Shown: positions 38,258 to 48,186 of the stretch, piece after piece
How the letters are laid out: every line of letters begins with the position of its first letter
How positions within the stretch are numbered: the stretch's first letter is position 1
IMG/VR virus record: IMGVR_UViG_3300031521_000011
Span: 1 to 64,000 of that record
DNA: 64,000 nt
Strand: one strand, 5' to 3'
Source of the DNA: a virus
Program-made: the position numbers and the translations under genes
The notes under the pieces: model-generated
Told to the model about the DNA's origin: nothing
Seen by the model: the letters and a program-made list of their open reading frames with translations, nothing else
Databases searched by the model: none

Positions 38258-39072
38258 TGCATCATCCTCCTCATTGCTTGCAGTATTTCTTTTGCATTGG
38301 CGTCATCAATTTCGCGGAGGGTGCTTCTCATCTTCTCTAGAGTGGCGAGAGCAATGTCGGCAGGGCTCTCCTGTTGGTCCTCAGGGACTGCCAATGATTC
38401 AAGGACGATCTTTTCAACTTTTCCATCAGCATTGATGGCCACTGGGTCGCCCGGCTTTAAATCACAATCTACATTCACCTTAAGCACCCGCATGAAATCA
38501 TTTCCCTGATGCACCAGGGCAACTTGGGGTTGCTTAGTGCGCCAATCCCTGATCTTCTTTGCAATGTCGCAACCATCAAAGTCAGGACAATTACCGAAAT
38601 AATCATCATAGTGGTCATCCTTACATCTTTCGCAAGCAACATCACATGGCTTTGGATCGTCAAATAAACCATTCACGGGTATTGTATGGTGATACGCTGA
38701 CGGAGTTTTTCCCATCAGATGAGATATCATATGATCCCCCGGTCCCATATGGGATACCATAAATGGAATGCCAGGATCTCCAACTTTGGATGCTGATACC
38801 GCCGTATATAGGTTGGCATTCTTTGTTGGTTTGTCAAATTGCAGCACTGGCAACTTGAGTATCTCTGAGGTTGTAGTTGGTTCATCAGGCGTTATGGTAA
38901 CATTCCTGAGTTTGACCAGCATCTCCGCTATCGCCAAGGCTAAATCTTGCATGAACAAATCTAGATTATTCCCAGGCAGCGGAAGGGTGTACCAATGAAA
39001 ATCAGGGAGCCCTATGAGCTCCCTGATTTTATTAATATTCTCAAATGTATCCATACATATTTTACTATCCAA
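38254..39072 (-). CDS. Hypothetical protein with Cys cluster
   Basis: Coupled ORF; CDVACERC..C..C. Confidence 0.6.
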   Translation of the reverse strand: MDSKICMDTFENINKIRELIGLPDFHWYTLPLPGNNLDLFMQDLALAIAEMLVKLRNVTITPDEPTTTSEILKLPVLQFDKPTKNANLYTAVSASKVGDPGIPFMVSHMGPGDHMISHLMGKTPSAYHHTIPVNGLFDDPKPCDVACERCKDDHYDDYFGNCPDFDGCDIAKKIRDWRTKQPQVALVHQGNDFMRVLKVNVDCDLKPGDPVAINADGKVEKIVLESLAVPEDQQESPADIALATLEKMRSTLREIDDANAKEILQAMRRMMQ

Positions 39073-39691
39073 TAATATCCTCCAATCCTTCCACTAGGGG
39101 TTTGACGTCAACATAGTAACCAATAGTTACTATGTTGAGTATGAGATCTTTGATCTCATCACCCATTTTTAATAGGTTATCCTGGTCGATAGTCTTTGCG
39201 GCGTAGTTGCGACTTATCGCATCCATCTTCCCTGAGAAGTCCATGAATTCCTGGTGGAAATTAGGATGCGATAGTACGCCATACACATGCAGTTCCATTA
39301 TTGGCATATCTGGGCTTACTGAGACGGTTATGTGAAATTCATCAGAACCACTGGAAAGGATATTATAAGCCTTCTTGGCCGCCGGGGTATCCTCATCTTC
39401 ATCTTCGTCATCGTCAGTCATGCGCAGTTTGCCGGGATCACGGTCTGCGAAGTACGCCATCAGGAGGTCATCCAGAGGGACAATCCACAGAATATGCCTA
39501 TGTATTGCGGATAAAAAATCGAAATCATCCGGATTCGATTTTGTGAACTGTTCGCAAGCAAGTCCGTCTGCCTGCAGCTTTATTCCGTACCGGAACCGCT
39601 GTTCTTTGTACGAACCCTCAATGACAGCCGTCTTCTTAAGCTCGTCAATCTGCACTTTAAATGCAAAATTGGTTGGGTTTTTTCTTCCCAT
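39065..39691 (-). CDS. Hypothetical protein
   Basis: Coupled ORF. Confidence 0.6.
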   Translation of the reverse strand: MGRKNPTNFAFKVQIDELKKTAVIEGSYKEQRFRYGIKLQADGLACEQFTKSNPDDFDFLSAIHRHILWIVPLDDLLMAYFADRDPGKLRMTDDDEDEDEDTPAAKKAYNILSSGSDEFHITVSVSPDMPIMELHVYGVLSHPNFHQEFMDFSGKMDAISRNYAAKTIDQDNLLKMGDEIKDLILNIVTIGYYVDVKPLVEGLEDIIG

Positions 39692-40032
39692 TACTCATCT
39701 TCCTCCAGCATTTCGATTTCAATCTCCTGCTCTTCGACTTCATCCCCGAAGCGACGGCAGTTCCATCCATCGACCACATCATTATCATCGATGCTCTCGC
39801 AGATATCAATAAGGTCACCGATTTCCCTAAAGATGTCCTCCATCTTTTCGGCCTCTTCATCAGTTAGAAATTTCATATCATCAATATGTGTGCCGGTGCC
39901 GTACAAGGCAGGATGAATTTTGTCGCTAGGTGTGGATTTTCTCCATCCCCATTCTGTATCATTTCCTCTAATATTGGCCTTAACGACAACTTTTTCCTCA
40001 TCAGCCTCTATGGTCATTGTGATTTTAGCCAT
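39691..40032 (-). CDS. Acidic hypothetical protein
   Basis: RBS; coupled ORF. Confidence 0.6.
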   Translation of the reverse strand: MAKITMTIEADEEKVVVKANIRGNDTEWGWRKSTPSDKIHPALYGTGTHIDDMKFLTDEEAEKMEDIFREIGDLIDICESIDDNDVVDGWNCRRFGDEVEEQEIEIEMLEEDE

Positions 40033-40508
40033 TTTGTTTCTCCTTCATACACCACTTCACCATTGTTGAATTTAACATCAAAGTCTGGCCAGAATTTATT
40101 GAGCGCTATGAGTGTAGGTGGAAAAATATTGCCATCGGTAGTTGTCATAATTTGTGTTGGCGTCATCCAGGTTAACCCACGCATTTCTTTGTCATGATCT
40201 GTGAGATATACCTTATCCGGGGATGCGCCGGCGTTATATTTAAAGATGACGGATCGAACTGGCTGCATTATGCCATGAATCCTAGCAATGCATAAAATTG
40301 CTCCACAGAGCTCCATATCTTTTTCATAGATAATGATTCCGAATTCCTCACGCGCCTCACGAACTGCTGTCTCAAGAAAGGTCTCACCCGGGTCAACCTT
40401 GCCTCCAGCAATAGCCCATCCCTGCCCATCGCTTCTTTCACCCATAAGAATTTTACCACCGGAATGAACAATGATACCGGTGCCGCCTGTGTAAATTTTC
40501 TGTCTCAC
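40014..40508 (-). CDS. Nudix hydrolase
   Basis: Nudix box GGKVDPGETFLETAVREAREEFGI. Confidence 0.9.
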   Translation of the reverse strand: MRQKIYTGGTGIIVHSGGKILMGERSDGQGWAIAGGKVDPGETFLETAVREAREEFGIIIYEKDMELCGAILCIARIHGIMQPVRSVIFKYNAGASPDKVYLTDHDKEMRGLTWMTPTQIMTTTDGNIFPPTLIALNKFWPDFDVKFNNGEVVYEGETKWLKSQ

Positions 40509-40870
40509 TCTTCTGTCCCCTTCTTTAATATAGTTTTTTCGCGAAACCTGTTCACAGTAAGGTTTGCTGCCTGTGAGCTTCTATGATACTGAATCGTAGA
40601 TTTGCCGTTGGCTCTGTTGATAAGGGATACCCATGGTAGCACAGCTCCATTGTCCCTGAAGACAAACTTACCAGGTTCTTTGTTCTCAATAAGCTTTCTG
40701 CCAAGTTCAGTGGATATAATCTGAATCTTTTTCATATTGCTCACCTCTCGATAAAATTACACTATTATCATATCACAACCTTTCATTGTTTTATATCTTA
40801 TACAAATCTTCCATTAAGTTGATATATTGGAAGATTTATCTTATAATAAATAAAAAGGATGGTGAGTGTT

Positions 40871-41206
40871 ATGGAAAAGATATCTATGGAAAAAATAGCG
40901 CTCCAGGCCGGTATCAAATATAAAATTTCAGGTAAGGTTCCGAGAGATATTAGGGCCATGCAAACAATAAACTTAGTTAAGAGTAATCTTAAGAAGTATA
41001 TTGCCTTGGTAAACAAGACAAAAAAGGCTACTGGCCTATCGTATAAGTCGGGAGAATTTTCCAATGTTCAGAAGAATATTGAATCTGGAAATGAAACCAT
41101 CAGAATGCTGACAGATATGAGGAAAAATACATTCCCACTCATGATAAAAGCGCATGGTAATAGTAAAAAGACTGTGTTGAAAAAGATTCCGAAAGAGGTA
41201 TTTTAA
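40871..41206 (+). CDS. Basic MEKISMEKIA-leader protein
   Basis: Leader MEKISMEKIAL; GGTGAG RBS. Confidence 0.7.
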   Translation: MEKISMEKIALQAGIKYKISGKVPRDIRAMQTINLVKSNLKKYIALVNKTKKATGLSYKSGEFSNVQKNIESGNETIRMLTDMRKNTFPLMIKAHGNSKKTVLKKIPKEVF

Positions 41207-41207
41207 A

Positions 41208-41711
41208 ATGAATAAGCTTGCAATGTACAAAGAAGCCATCTACAAACGAGCAACACGTGTTGCCAATCCCTATATATTTAGGGGTCCAGCATCGAATGAG
41301 GACCCTGAATCCTACTCAGCCCGGCTGCAAGGCATGTACGATAAGGGTGAGAAAATAAAGAACACCGCCAACATCGCCAGCCTTGGTATTGGTGCTGGCG
41401 CATTGGCGACAAGTATCCTGTCCGGACGCGGTGCATCGAAGCGGCTTAAGCAACTCGCAGACTCTGGCAAACTTGATGCCCTGGCTCTCAAGATCAAGAA
41501 GTCCGTTCCTGAAACCAAGCAAATATTGAGCCGTGCTATTGGACGGCGCATTGGCCTCTCTGCCGGCGCCGGAATCGGTGGAGTACCGGCCATGATGCTT
41601 ACTGAGGGAATCGGTAGAACATTGGCCAACAAATCAACACTCAGATCCATGACACCTGATGAGCGTCAGCGCTATAATGATGTCACCAAAATCAGACACA
41701 ATGGAATATAG
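41208..41711 (+). CDS. YKExIYK-leader Gly-zipper protein
   Basis: MNKLAMYKEAIYKRA; GIGAGALA and GAGIGG segments. Confidence 0.7.
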   Translation: MNKLAMYKEAIYKRATRVANPYIFRGPASNEDPESYSARLQGMYDKGEKIKNTANIASLGIGAGALATSILSGRGASKRLKQLADSGKLDALALKIKKSVPETKQILSRAIGRRIGLSAGAGIGGVPAMMLTEGIGRTLANKSTLRSMTPDERQRYNDVTKIRHNGI

Positions 41712-41723
41712 GAGGAAAAGACA

Positions 41724-42374
41724 ATGGACAAGGTAGCAGCATATAAAGAGGCCATCTACAAGGTGGCTGCAGAAGGAAAGAAAAATCCGAATTCATCTTT
41801 TCTGTTCCCCTTGAACCGTGATTACATCCGTGAGGAGGATTTTTCTCCCGCGTATGCAAAGGCGTCAAGGGAACAGGGCCATATCAATAAGGTTGTTGGC
41901 GGCGTTAGCCTGGGTGGTTTGGCACTTGGTGGAGGCAGCGTAATCGGCGGTTTTGCTCTTGGTGCGAAAACCGCAGACAAGGCACGAAGGCTTGCTAAGC
42001 CAGCTGCCAAGGCTACTCTAAATATCATCAAAAGAGATATTTACAATGGCAGAAGAGGAATGCAGGACCTCTTTAGCCCCGTTCATTCTGAGATAGCTGC
42101 TCACAACGTCCTCAACAAGTCTAAGATTTTTAACGACGTAACGAAGCGACTTCGTCGAAACAACAAAATCGCTGACGGCTTAGTCCTTGGCGGGTTACTC
42201 GTTCCCTCAGTCGCGATGGCAGCTGCCAGTGCTCCATTTATGAAGAAGCGTCAGGAAGTGGTCAAAAGCCTGATGAAGTCAGCGCCCCGCAATAGGAGTG
42301 AGGAGAATTTCAAGGCGGACATGCTAAATCTGCCGAAGAACATCTCTCCAAGGAAACGCCACGCCGATGAATGA
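41724..42374 (+). CDS. YKExIYK-leader Gly-zipper protein
   Basis: MDKVAAYKEAIYKVA; GGVSLGGLALGGG. Confidence 0.7.
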   Translation: MDKVAAYKEAIYKVAAEGKKNPNSSFLFPLNRDYIREEDFSPAYAKASREQGHINKVVGGVSLGGLALGGGSVIGGFALGAKTADKARRLAKPAAKATLNIIKRDIYNGRRGMQDLFSPVHSEIAAHNVLNKSKIFNDVTKRLRRNNKIADGLVLGGLLVPSVAMAAASAPFMKKRQEVVKSLMKSAPRNRSEENFKADMLNLPKNISPRKRHADE

Positions 42375-42433
42375 TACCGGTTTACTTGCTCAGTAAGTAG
42401 TGGTATCATAGCAGTCGAAAGGAAGTGTTAATT

Positions 42434-43165
42434 ATGGCAACGGGTAAAAACCTTGTTGATATTCTTGTTCCGAAGATCGGAAGCGGTTATGTATATGGTG
42501 GGCAAGGCCAGATTTGCACGATGGCCATGATCAACACACTCATGGCCCGGTACGGACGCGATCACTATTACTTTAAGGGTTATAGTGCCGAGAAGTGGAT
42601 CGGCAAGCCCTCCTTTGACTGCTCCGGCTTTGTCAGCTGGGGGCGCTACATGCTCGGATTGAACCCAGGCCACAAGAGTTACAGCGCCAATGGCTATTAC
42701 ACCATGACAACTCGCATCTCCAAGCTGCAGCTCTTGGCTGGCGATCTCTGTTTCATCGTGAACAGCGATGGCCACGCTACCCATGTTGGTGTATATATGG
42801 GGAACGGTTACGTTGTTCAGGCTGCCAGCACAAAATCAGGCGTTATCAAAACGAAACTTGGTACCGGTTGGAGCGGCTACGGCAGACTGAAGGACCTAGT
42901 GCAGGTTGTCGTGAAACCAACCGTTGAGTATACCGAGATTAAGTTTGGAGCAAATGGCCCCGAGGTTTATCAGATGCAAAAGGCGCTGGCCCTCCTGAAC
43001 TACAACCCAGGTCCGCTCGACGGAGTCTTTGGGCCACTGACACTGACCGCAGTGAGGGCATTTCAAAAAGGAAACCAGCTGTACGTGGATGGCCGCCCTG
43101 GTCAGCAGACTCTCAGTGTACTTTATGGTACCGCAGATGTTGTTCCAAAGAAGGCTGCTGCCTAA
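42434..43165 (+). CDS. NlpC/P60 peptidoglycan endopeptidase with PG-binding domain (lysin)
   Basis: YVYGG, FDCSGFV, GDL, HVGVYMG; C-terminal DGVFGPLT..AVRAFQ..L.VDG. Confidence 0.9.
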   Translation: MATGKNLVDILVPKIGSGYVYGGQGQICTMAMINTLMARYGRDHYYFKGYSAEKWIGKPSFDCSGFVSWGRYMLGLNPGHKSYSANGYYTMTTRISKLQLLAGDLCFIVNSDGHATHVGVYMGNGYVVQAASTKSGVIKTKLGTGWSGYGRLKDLVQVVVKPTVEYTEIKFGANGPEVYQMQKALALLNYNPGPLDGVFGPLTLTAVRAFQKGNQLYVDGRPGQQTLSVLYGTADVVPKKAAA

Positions 43166-43175
43166 ACCGAAGTCC

Positions 43176-43217
43176 AAAAAAAAAGATAGAGCCCGGCCAT
43201 ATGGCCGGGCTGTTTTT
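43176..43217. terminator. Bidirectional intrinsic terminator
   Basis: A9 tract, AGCCCGGCCAT/ATGGCCGGGCT, T-rich tail between convergent genes. Confidence 0.75.
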
Positions 43218-43641
43218 ATGATAGGGATCCCATTTCTTTGAGCATGGACAGCTTTACCACCAGGGATACATCTCTTCTTTCCATGTATGGACAGATGATA
43301 TTCTGGAAGATATCATCCCTTCTAACAAGGGCGACGGCGCGTTGATTCCTGGTCATCACCAGGTAATTGTCCAGCGCAGCCACTAATATGTCATTGAGGG
43401 ATACGTCAAATCCCAGATCAGCAGTTTCCGAAACCAGTTTTGTCATCAAATCTTCAGGGATTCTGATCTGAAGATTAACGAACGGCTCTACTGCTGGAGG
43501 ACATTCGACCTTAACCTTCGTCGGCTCCACATAAGTGACGACAATTGGCTCCTTAGGTCTGCGCTTGAACCCAGGCTTTGGACCAGGCTTTTTCCTTTCG
43601 ATGACGTCATCGACATTAACACCTTTGTCGTTTTTATCCAT
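43216..43641 (-). CDS. Putative DNA-binding protein (KKPGPKP hook plus ribbon-helix-helix-like region)
   Basis: RKKPGPKPG; LQIRIPEDL...SLNDILVAALDNYL; motif at 43660-43674. Confidence 0.55.
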   Translation of the reverse strand: MDKNDKGVNVDDVIERKKPGPKPGFKRRPKEPIVVTYVEPTKVKVECPPAVEPFVNLQIRIPEDLMTKLVSETADLGFDVSLNDILVAALDNYLVMTRNQRAVALVRRDDIFQNIICPYMERRDVSLVVKLSMLKEMGSLS

Positions 43642-43715
43642 GATAACCCCTCCATTGTGTTTTATTGCTTATACTCCGTTTTTACCTTATAATAAATCGA
43701 GTAGAGGTGAGTAAT

Positions 43716-44462
43716 ATGGAAAAGATATCTCTTGAAAAAGTCCATCCTGCCCTTAAAGAGATGCAGGATTCGTTTGAAGATCCGGTTTCAAAGAAAGTGG
43801 CTACGATGATTGCCACTTCTCATGAATATAAAACTCCCAACATAAAAGCCGGGCACCACTTTACGAGGAATTACAGATGGAGCAATGGCACGATGAAGAT
43901 CAGTGACCTTCAGGGTATCAACAAGCCGATCACGCAGGAAAAGGTTGATAGCCTTGTGAAAGCCATTGGTAAGTCTGGCAGGGTAGATCCTTTCGTTGTC
44001 GTGAACCAGTTAGATGCCATCCGCCCACAGACGCCCGGCAAAAAAGTATTGATCGACGGACATCACCGGCTGGAGGCCTGCAAGAAACTCGGCATCGATG
44101 AAGTCCCTGTATATCGCGGCGACTACACTGGCGATGCTCACAGGGATATTGAGGAATTAAAGAAGGCAGCCAGCTTTGCGTCTGTCTATAATTTTGTTTA
44201 CAATAATCCATACCTTGGTATGGGAAAGGAAGCCTCTCAAGATGGCATCTCGGAAGTCCGGCGGCTCACAAAAGATCGCCAATTTACCATTGACCCAATC
44301 GTTGCAGGTGAGTTGGGCGGGCTTGGCCTTATGGGAACCTCTCTTATCATCAAGAAGAGACTTCCGTCAAGGAGTACCTTGCTTCGCAACGCTGGTATCG
44401 GCATCGGTCTCGGCAGCGCCGCAATTGGCACGGCTCGCACGATCAGAAAGGGTGAAAAATAA
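43716..44462 (+). CDS. MEKISLEK-leader protein with ParB/Srx-like domain
   Basis: KVDSLVKAI..PFVV..LIDGHHRLEA..LG..EVP; internal KKAA and KEA sites; Gly-rich tail. Confidence 0.75.
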   Translation: MEKISLEKVHPALKEMQDSFEDPVSKKVATMIATSHEYKTPNIKAGHHFTRNYRWSNGTMKISDLQGINKPITQEKVDSLVKAIGKSGRVDPFVVVNQLDAIRPQTPGKKVLIDGHHRLEACKKLGIDEVPVYRGDYTGDAHRDIEELKKAASFASVYNFVYNNPYLGMGKEASQDGISEVRRLTKDRQFTIDPIVAGELGGLGLMGTSLIIKKRLPSRSTLLRNAGIGIGLGSAAIGTARTIRKGEK

Positions 44463-45589
44463 TGGGAAAGACTTATATGGAAGAGATGTTCAAAAACGCA
44501 GCAAGCGAAGAGGATGATTTCGCCAACCTTATGGGAAGTCTTAAACATACCAATCGTGATGATTGGGAGAGCGCAGTGACGAAGCATAATCCAAACTGGA
44601 AATATGTCTATCCAGTATCGCCAGATGGTGGAGCTCCATATGTTCTTCAGGAGGGCAATAGATCCAGTGGACTGATCGCCATGCATCACAAGAATGGAAA
44701 AATATCCATTGCTCTCTCTTTTCATCCTGAAGGATTTGATCCAAATGAGCACGTGCGGTCCGTATTTGATGTTTCTGGATCAGGGCGCAGAAACGAAGGC
44801 TTTACACTTGATAATGCTGCATCTGCTAACTTTCATCCCAAGGGTTTTCATGGAGAAGATGCATACAGCGTTACAGATAAAGGGCAAGTTCGCCATGGGC
44901 GTGGTGAGCGCCAGGCGGTAGCTCCTAAAGCGAAACCTCAACCGAAATCCGAACCGAAGGCTGAACCAAAGCCAGAGCCGAAACAGGAACCAAAGACTCA
45001 ACCAAAGCCTGCTGAGTCACAGATGCAACAGGCGTTTTCGCAACCTCAACCAAAAGCAGCGCCACAGCCCCAGCCAGCGCCCCAGGCTGCACCGCAGCCA
45101 CAGGCACAGCAGCCCACCCCACAAGTACAGCCTCAATCCGCGTCGCAGCCACAGGCCCAGCCACAGCCTCAGCAGCAGGCTACACCTAAAGCTCAACCAC
45201 AACCGCAGGCAGCCCCGGCAGCAGCGCCAGTTCCTCCCGTTGCGGCTGCAGAGGGAGTTGAGCAGGCCGCAGCTAAGGAAGCACCACAAGCCGAAAAAGG
45301 CTTGCTTACAGCCATCAAAAAGCTTAAACTATCACCAGGATTAGCGAAGGCTGCACCATGGGTTGGTGGAGGCGTTGCCGGATTAGCGGCGGGCGCTGGC
45401 TTGATGGCGATGAGCAACAAAAAGAAACAGCAAAAGACTGCAGTATATAAAGAAGAAATTTATAAACTGGCTGGCCTGATGTCCGCTCCTAAAGCAGTGG
45501 CAGCAAAGGTACCATCCTTCAGTAAGCCGAAGATCGCAAAAGCGGTAAATCGTGCTCGTAGAGCATCATTCGTAAAATCAATTCATTAG
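44462..45589 (+). CDS. Pro/Gln-rich K-x-A protein with internal YKEEIYKLA linker
   Basis: PQ/AP low-complexity region; Gly-rich hydrophobic segment; QKTAVYKEEIYKLA. Confidence 0.7.
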   Translation: MGKTYMEEMFKNAASEEDDFANLMGSLKHTNRDDWESAVTKHNPNWKYVYPVSPDGGAPYVLQEGNRSSGLIAMHHKNGKISIALSFHPEGFDPNEHVRSVFDVSGSGRRNEGFTLDNAASANFHPKGFHGEDAYSVTDKGQVRHGRGERQAVAPKAKPQPKSEPKAEPKPEPKQEPKTQPKPAESQMQQAFSQPQPKAAPQPQPAPQAAPQPQAQQPTPQVQPQSASQPQAQPQPQQQATPKAQPQPQAAPAAAPVPPVAAAEGVEQAAAKEAPQAEKGLLTAIKKLKLSPGLAKAAPWVGGGVAGLAAGAGLMAMSNKKKQQKTAVYKEEIYKLAGLMSAPKAVAAKVPSFSKPKIAKAVNRARRASFVKSIH

Positions 45590-45598
45590 GAGGAAGTA

Positions 45599-46057
45599 AT
45601 GGATAAGGTTGCATTTTATAAGGAACAAATCTACAAAGTCGCCTATACTTCTGCTGGATATAATAGACTCTATATGACAAAGGACCTTAAAGGCAGAACA
45701 AACGTAAAGTATAAAACACCAAATCGGGTTCCTATGCGCTTTAAGAACGAGCGCGTAGATCCATCAATGTCGATGGTCCCGGCTGGTCCTGTGAAAACGC
45801 ACTCAAATCCCAGCAGACTCAGGCGACTGAGGAAAATAAACAATACTCGCCACGGTCTCAGTAGGGATACGAGAGAAGCAATCCGGCTTGGTGGAGCAGT
45901 TGATTCAAAGGCAGCTAAGGAAATTGCCGAAAAATCATTAGCCCGGGCCGCCAGTAAGGGCATGCCGCTATATGCCGGCGGGGGAATTGGACTTGCTGCA
46001 ATTGCGGCTGCCGCAATTGCAATGAGCAACAAAAAAAAGCACAAAGATGCTGAGTGA
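45599..46057 (+). CDS. YKExIYK-leader basic protein
   Basis: MDKVAFYKEQIYKVA; GGGIGLAAIAAAA-MSNKKK. Confidence 0.72.
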   Translation: MDKVAFYKEQIYKVAYTSAGYNRLYMTKDLKGRTNVKYKTPNRVPMRFKNERVDPSMSMVPAGPVKTHSNPSRLRRLRKINNTRHGLSRDTREAIRLGGAVDSKAAKEIAEKSLARAASKGMPLYAGGGIGLAAIAAAAIAMSNKKKHKDAE

Positions 46058-46068
46058 GGTGGATGGAT

Positions 46069-46770
46069 ATGGACAAAGTAGCTTTTTACAAGGAATATAT
46101 CTACAAGGTTGCCGACGCTTATGATGATATCATCAAGCGTAATGAGGCAAGTAGGCCCAGGATGTATACCGTGAAGCCAAACGGTGAAACAATTCTCGAC
46201 GGATTCATTGCCGACGAAAAATACTCTAAGCCAAATGTGGACCGTACTGTTTCTGGAGTCAAGGATCTGCTGAAAACCAAGGGTGGAAAGCTTAAGGTAT
46301 TGAAGCCATACCTTATTGGCGCTGCTGGCGGCGCTGCCTTGCTTGGGAGCGGCATGTCGCTCATGGAACAACGTCGGAAAAATATGCGTAAGCGCATGCA
46401 TAAATCAGCTTCATTTATTGACAAACTCCTTGGAAAAAAAAAGCCCAAACCCAAGTCTAAGGCCAGACTCCAGTATGATGCTCTGGTAGCAAGCGAAGAA
46501 GCGGCAGAGGCGCGGCGTCTTAAAAGAGAACAGGAAGCTGTTGCAGCCCGGGCAGAGAAATTCAGATCCCAAAGAGGACCTCTTCGACTGACCAGCGGGG
46601 CCTCACAAGCAGCTCCTGCGGCAAAGTCCACAATAATCGATGCAGCACCGACCATTGCAAGAAAGATTCCGAAACAGTTACTCAGGAAGGCCGGGCCGTG
46701 GGCGCTTGGCGGACTTGGTTTAGCCGGGGGTGGTGCGGCAATACTCAGTAGGAAAAAAGAAGACAAATAA
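46069..46770 (+). CDS. YKExIYK-leader two-module protein
   Basis: MDKVAFYKEYIYKVA; internal MHKSA; two Gly-rich hydrophobic segments. Confidence 0.72.
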   Translation: MDKVAFYKEYIYKVADAYDDIIKRNEASRPRMYTVKPNGETILDGFIADEKYSKPNVDRTVSGVKDLLKTKGGKLKVLKPYLIGAAGGAALLGSGMSLMEQRRKNMRKRMHKSASFIDKLLGKKKPKPKSKARLQYDALVASEEAAEARRLKREQEAVAARAEKFRSQRGPLRLTSGASQAAPAAKSTIIDAAPTIARKIPKQLLRKAGPWALGGLGLAGGGAAILSRKKEDK

Positions 46771-46810
46771 AAAAGATAGACCGGGTGGCGTTTGCCACCC
46801 GGTCTTGTTA
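46768..46810. terminator. Bidirectional terminator
   Basis: AGACCGGGTGGC-GTTT-GCCACCCGGTCT between convergent genes. Confidence 0.75.
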
Positions 46811-47125
46811 CTTTAGACTAATTGACCAATCAGTATTTATGCGGGAAACCCTTGTTTCTATAAGACCCTCCCGCAGGTCGATTGCCCTTTCGCGGGCAGA
46901 AAGCTCGCGCTCTTTGATATTCGCCTTACGCTCACGGCGGACGAGGAGTTCATTCATATCACTCTGCTCCTCAGAGACGCGAATGATTTCCTTTGCTGAA
47001 ATAGATTTGAGCTTTTTTCTGTCTCTCATTGAGATAAATACGGCGGCCATCGTAATAGCTCCCATTAAGAAACCGATGCTTGCCAGAATTAGGTCCCAAT
47101 AGATAGTGCCGTATAAATTACTCAT
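46808..47125 (-). CDS. Single-TM coiled-coil protein
   Basis: N-terminal hydrophobic helix; GAGGAGG RBS. Confidence 0.6.
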   Translation of the reverse strand: MSNLYGTIYWDLILASIGFLMGAITMAAVFISMRDRKKLKSISAKEIIRVSEEQSDMNELLVRRERKANIKERELSARERAIDLREGLIETRVSRINTDWSISLK

Positions 47126-47453
47126 TACAGTATCCTCCTCAGTTGTTTTGGGTATTCCTCGCAAAGAGCTTGATCGATATAACACGTTCCACGGATTGCC
47201 TGGTTCCGGGCGATAGACATTGTTGCCCTTGCTAGCCCGGTAATGTTTCCGGTGAAGAATCTGAGCTGGTGCAACCGGCGCTGCTCCTCAACAGCTTGCT
47301 GTATTGCACCGTTGGTAGAATAGACCATTCTCTCGGACTCTTGTGGTATCTGCTGGCGGTCTAATTGGCACTTAAACGACATAACTTTGTTTCCCTCTCC
47401 ATCTGTCATTTTTATGTCTTATACCTAGGTTTGGAGCGCAAAAAAAGAGGGGG

Positions 47454-47783
47454 TTAGCCCTCCTTTTCCGTGCTTTCCTCGCTGGGTTCGGATGCTGCAT
47501 TCTGCATCATATACGCAACATCGCCTGGCACCGGAATATCCCAGGCAACCTGAACGACCCTATTTATGTCCTGAGGATCTTCCGTGGGATACTCGGTTGA
47601 GTTTCCGGCGATGACATCATATACATACCCAATCAGTTTGCCACCAAGGATACCGACACCTACATTGATTGCGGCATCGAGCGCTCCGGGAATTTGATTC
47701 TTCTTTAAAGCTTGAACGCCGGTGGCGGCCAAGGCGACTGTCATGCCTGCCAGGGCACCGACACGCCTTCCTATTGTTGACAT
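47454..47783 (-). CDS. Small Gly-zipper membrane protein
   Basis: VGALAG and GVGILGG; GGAGG RBS. Confidence 0.65.
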   Translation of the reverse strand: MSTIGRRVGALAGMTVALAATGVQALKKNQIPGALDAAINVGVGILGGKLIGYVYDVIAGNSTEYPTEDPQDINRVVQVAWDIPVPGDVAYMMQNAASEPSEESTEKEG

Positions 47784-47821
47784 TAAAATACCTCCAAATC
47801 TGAGTTGTAAAAAGAGAGGGG

Positions 47822-48097
47822 CTATTGCCCCTCTGTGTTCGTGTTTACGATTGGTGATTCGATAGGTACGATGGGTGTAGCCGATTGTTCCTTATCGAAC
47901 ATTCCGCCGATTGCGCCGCCGATGACAGCTCCTCCTGTTGCGGAAAGAGCCAAGCCTCCGACATATTCAAGGCTTGGCTCTTCAAGCCTTTTTTGCCTGG
48001 CTTTCGCAGAAAAGAATGGAATACCCCATAACAGTACTCCTGCTAGAGCACCGAGCATGCCGCCCAATTCTTGATTGACGGTATTTTTATTTGACAT
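47822..48097 (-). CDS. Small Gly-zipper membrane protein
   Basis: GGMLGALAG and GGAVIGGAIGG; motif at 48121-48135. Confidence 0.65.
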   Translation of the reverse strand: MSNKNTVNQELGGMLGALAGVLLWGIPFFSAKARQKRLEEPSLEYVGGLALSATGGAVIGGAIGGMFDKEQSATPIVPIESPIVNTNTEGQ

Positions 48098-48186
48098 AAA
48101 TGAAACACCTCCTTTGCTAGTTTTATTACTTATACCAACAATGAGCGCAAAAAAGGGGCCCTTGCAGGCCCCCATACTGAATAAGA

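Noticed and set aside
45670-46766. 243-aa and 215-aa minus-strand ORFs
   Set aside because: Antisense to leader-bearing plus-strand genes that have clear RBSs
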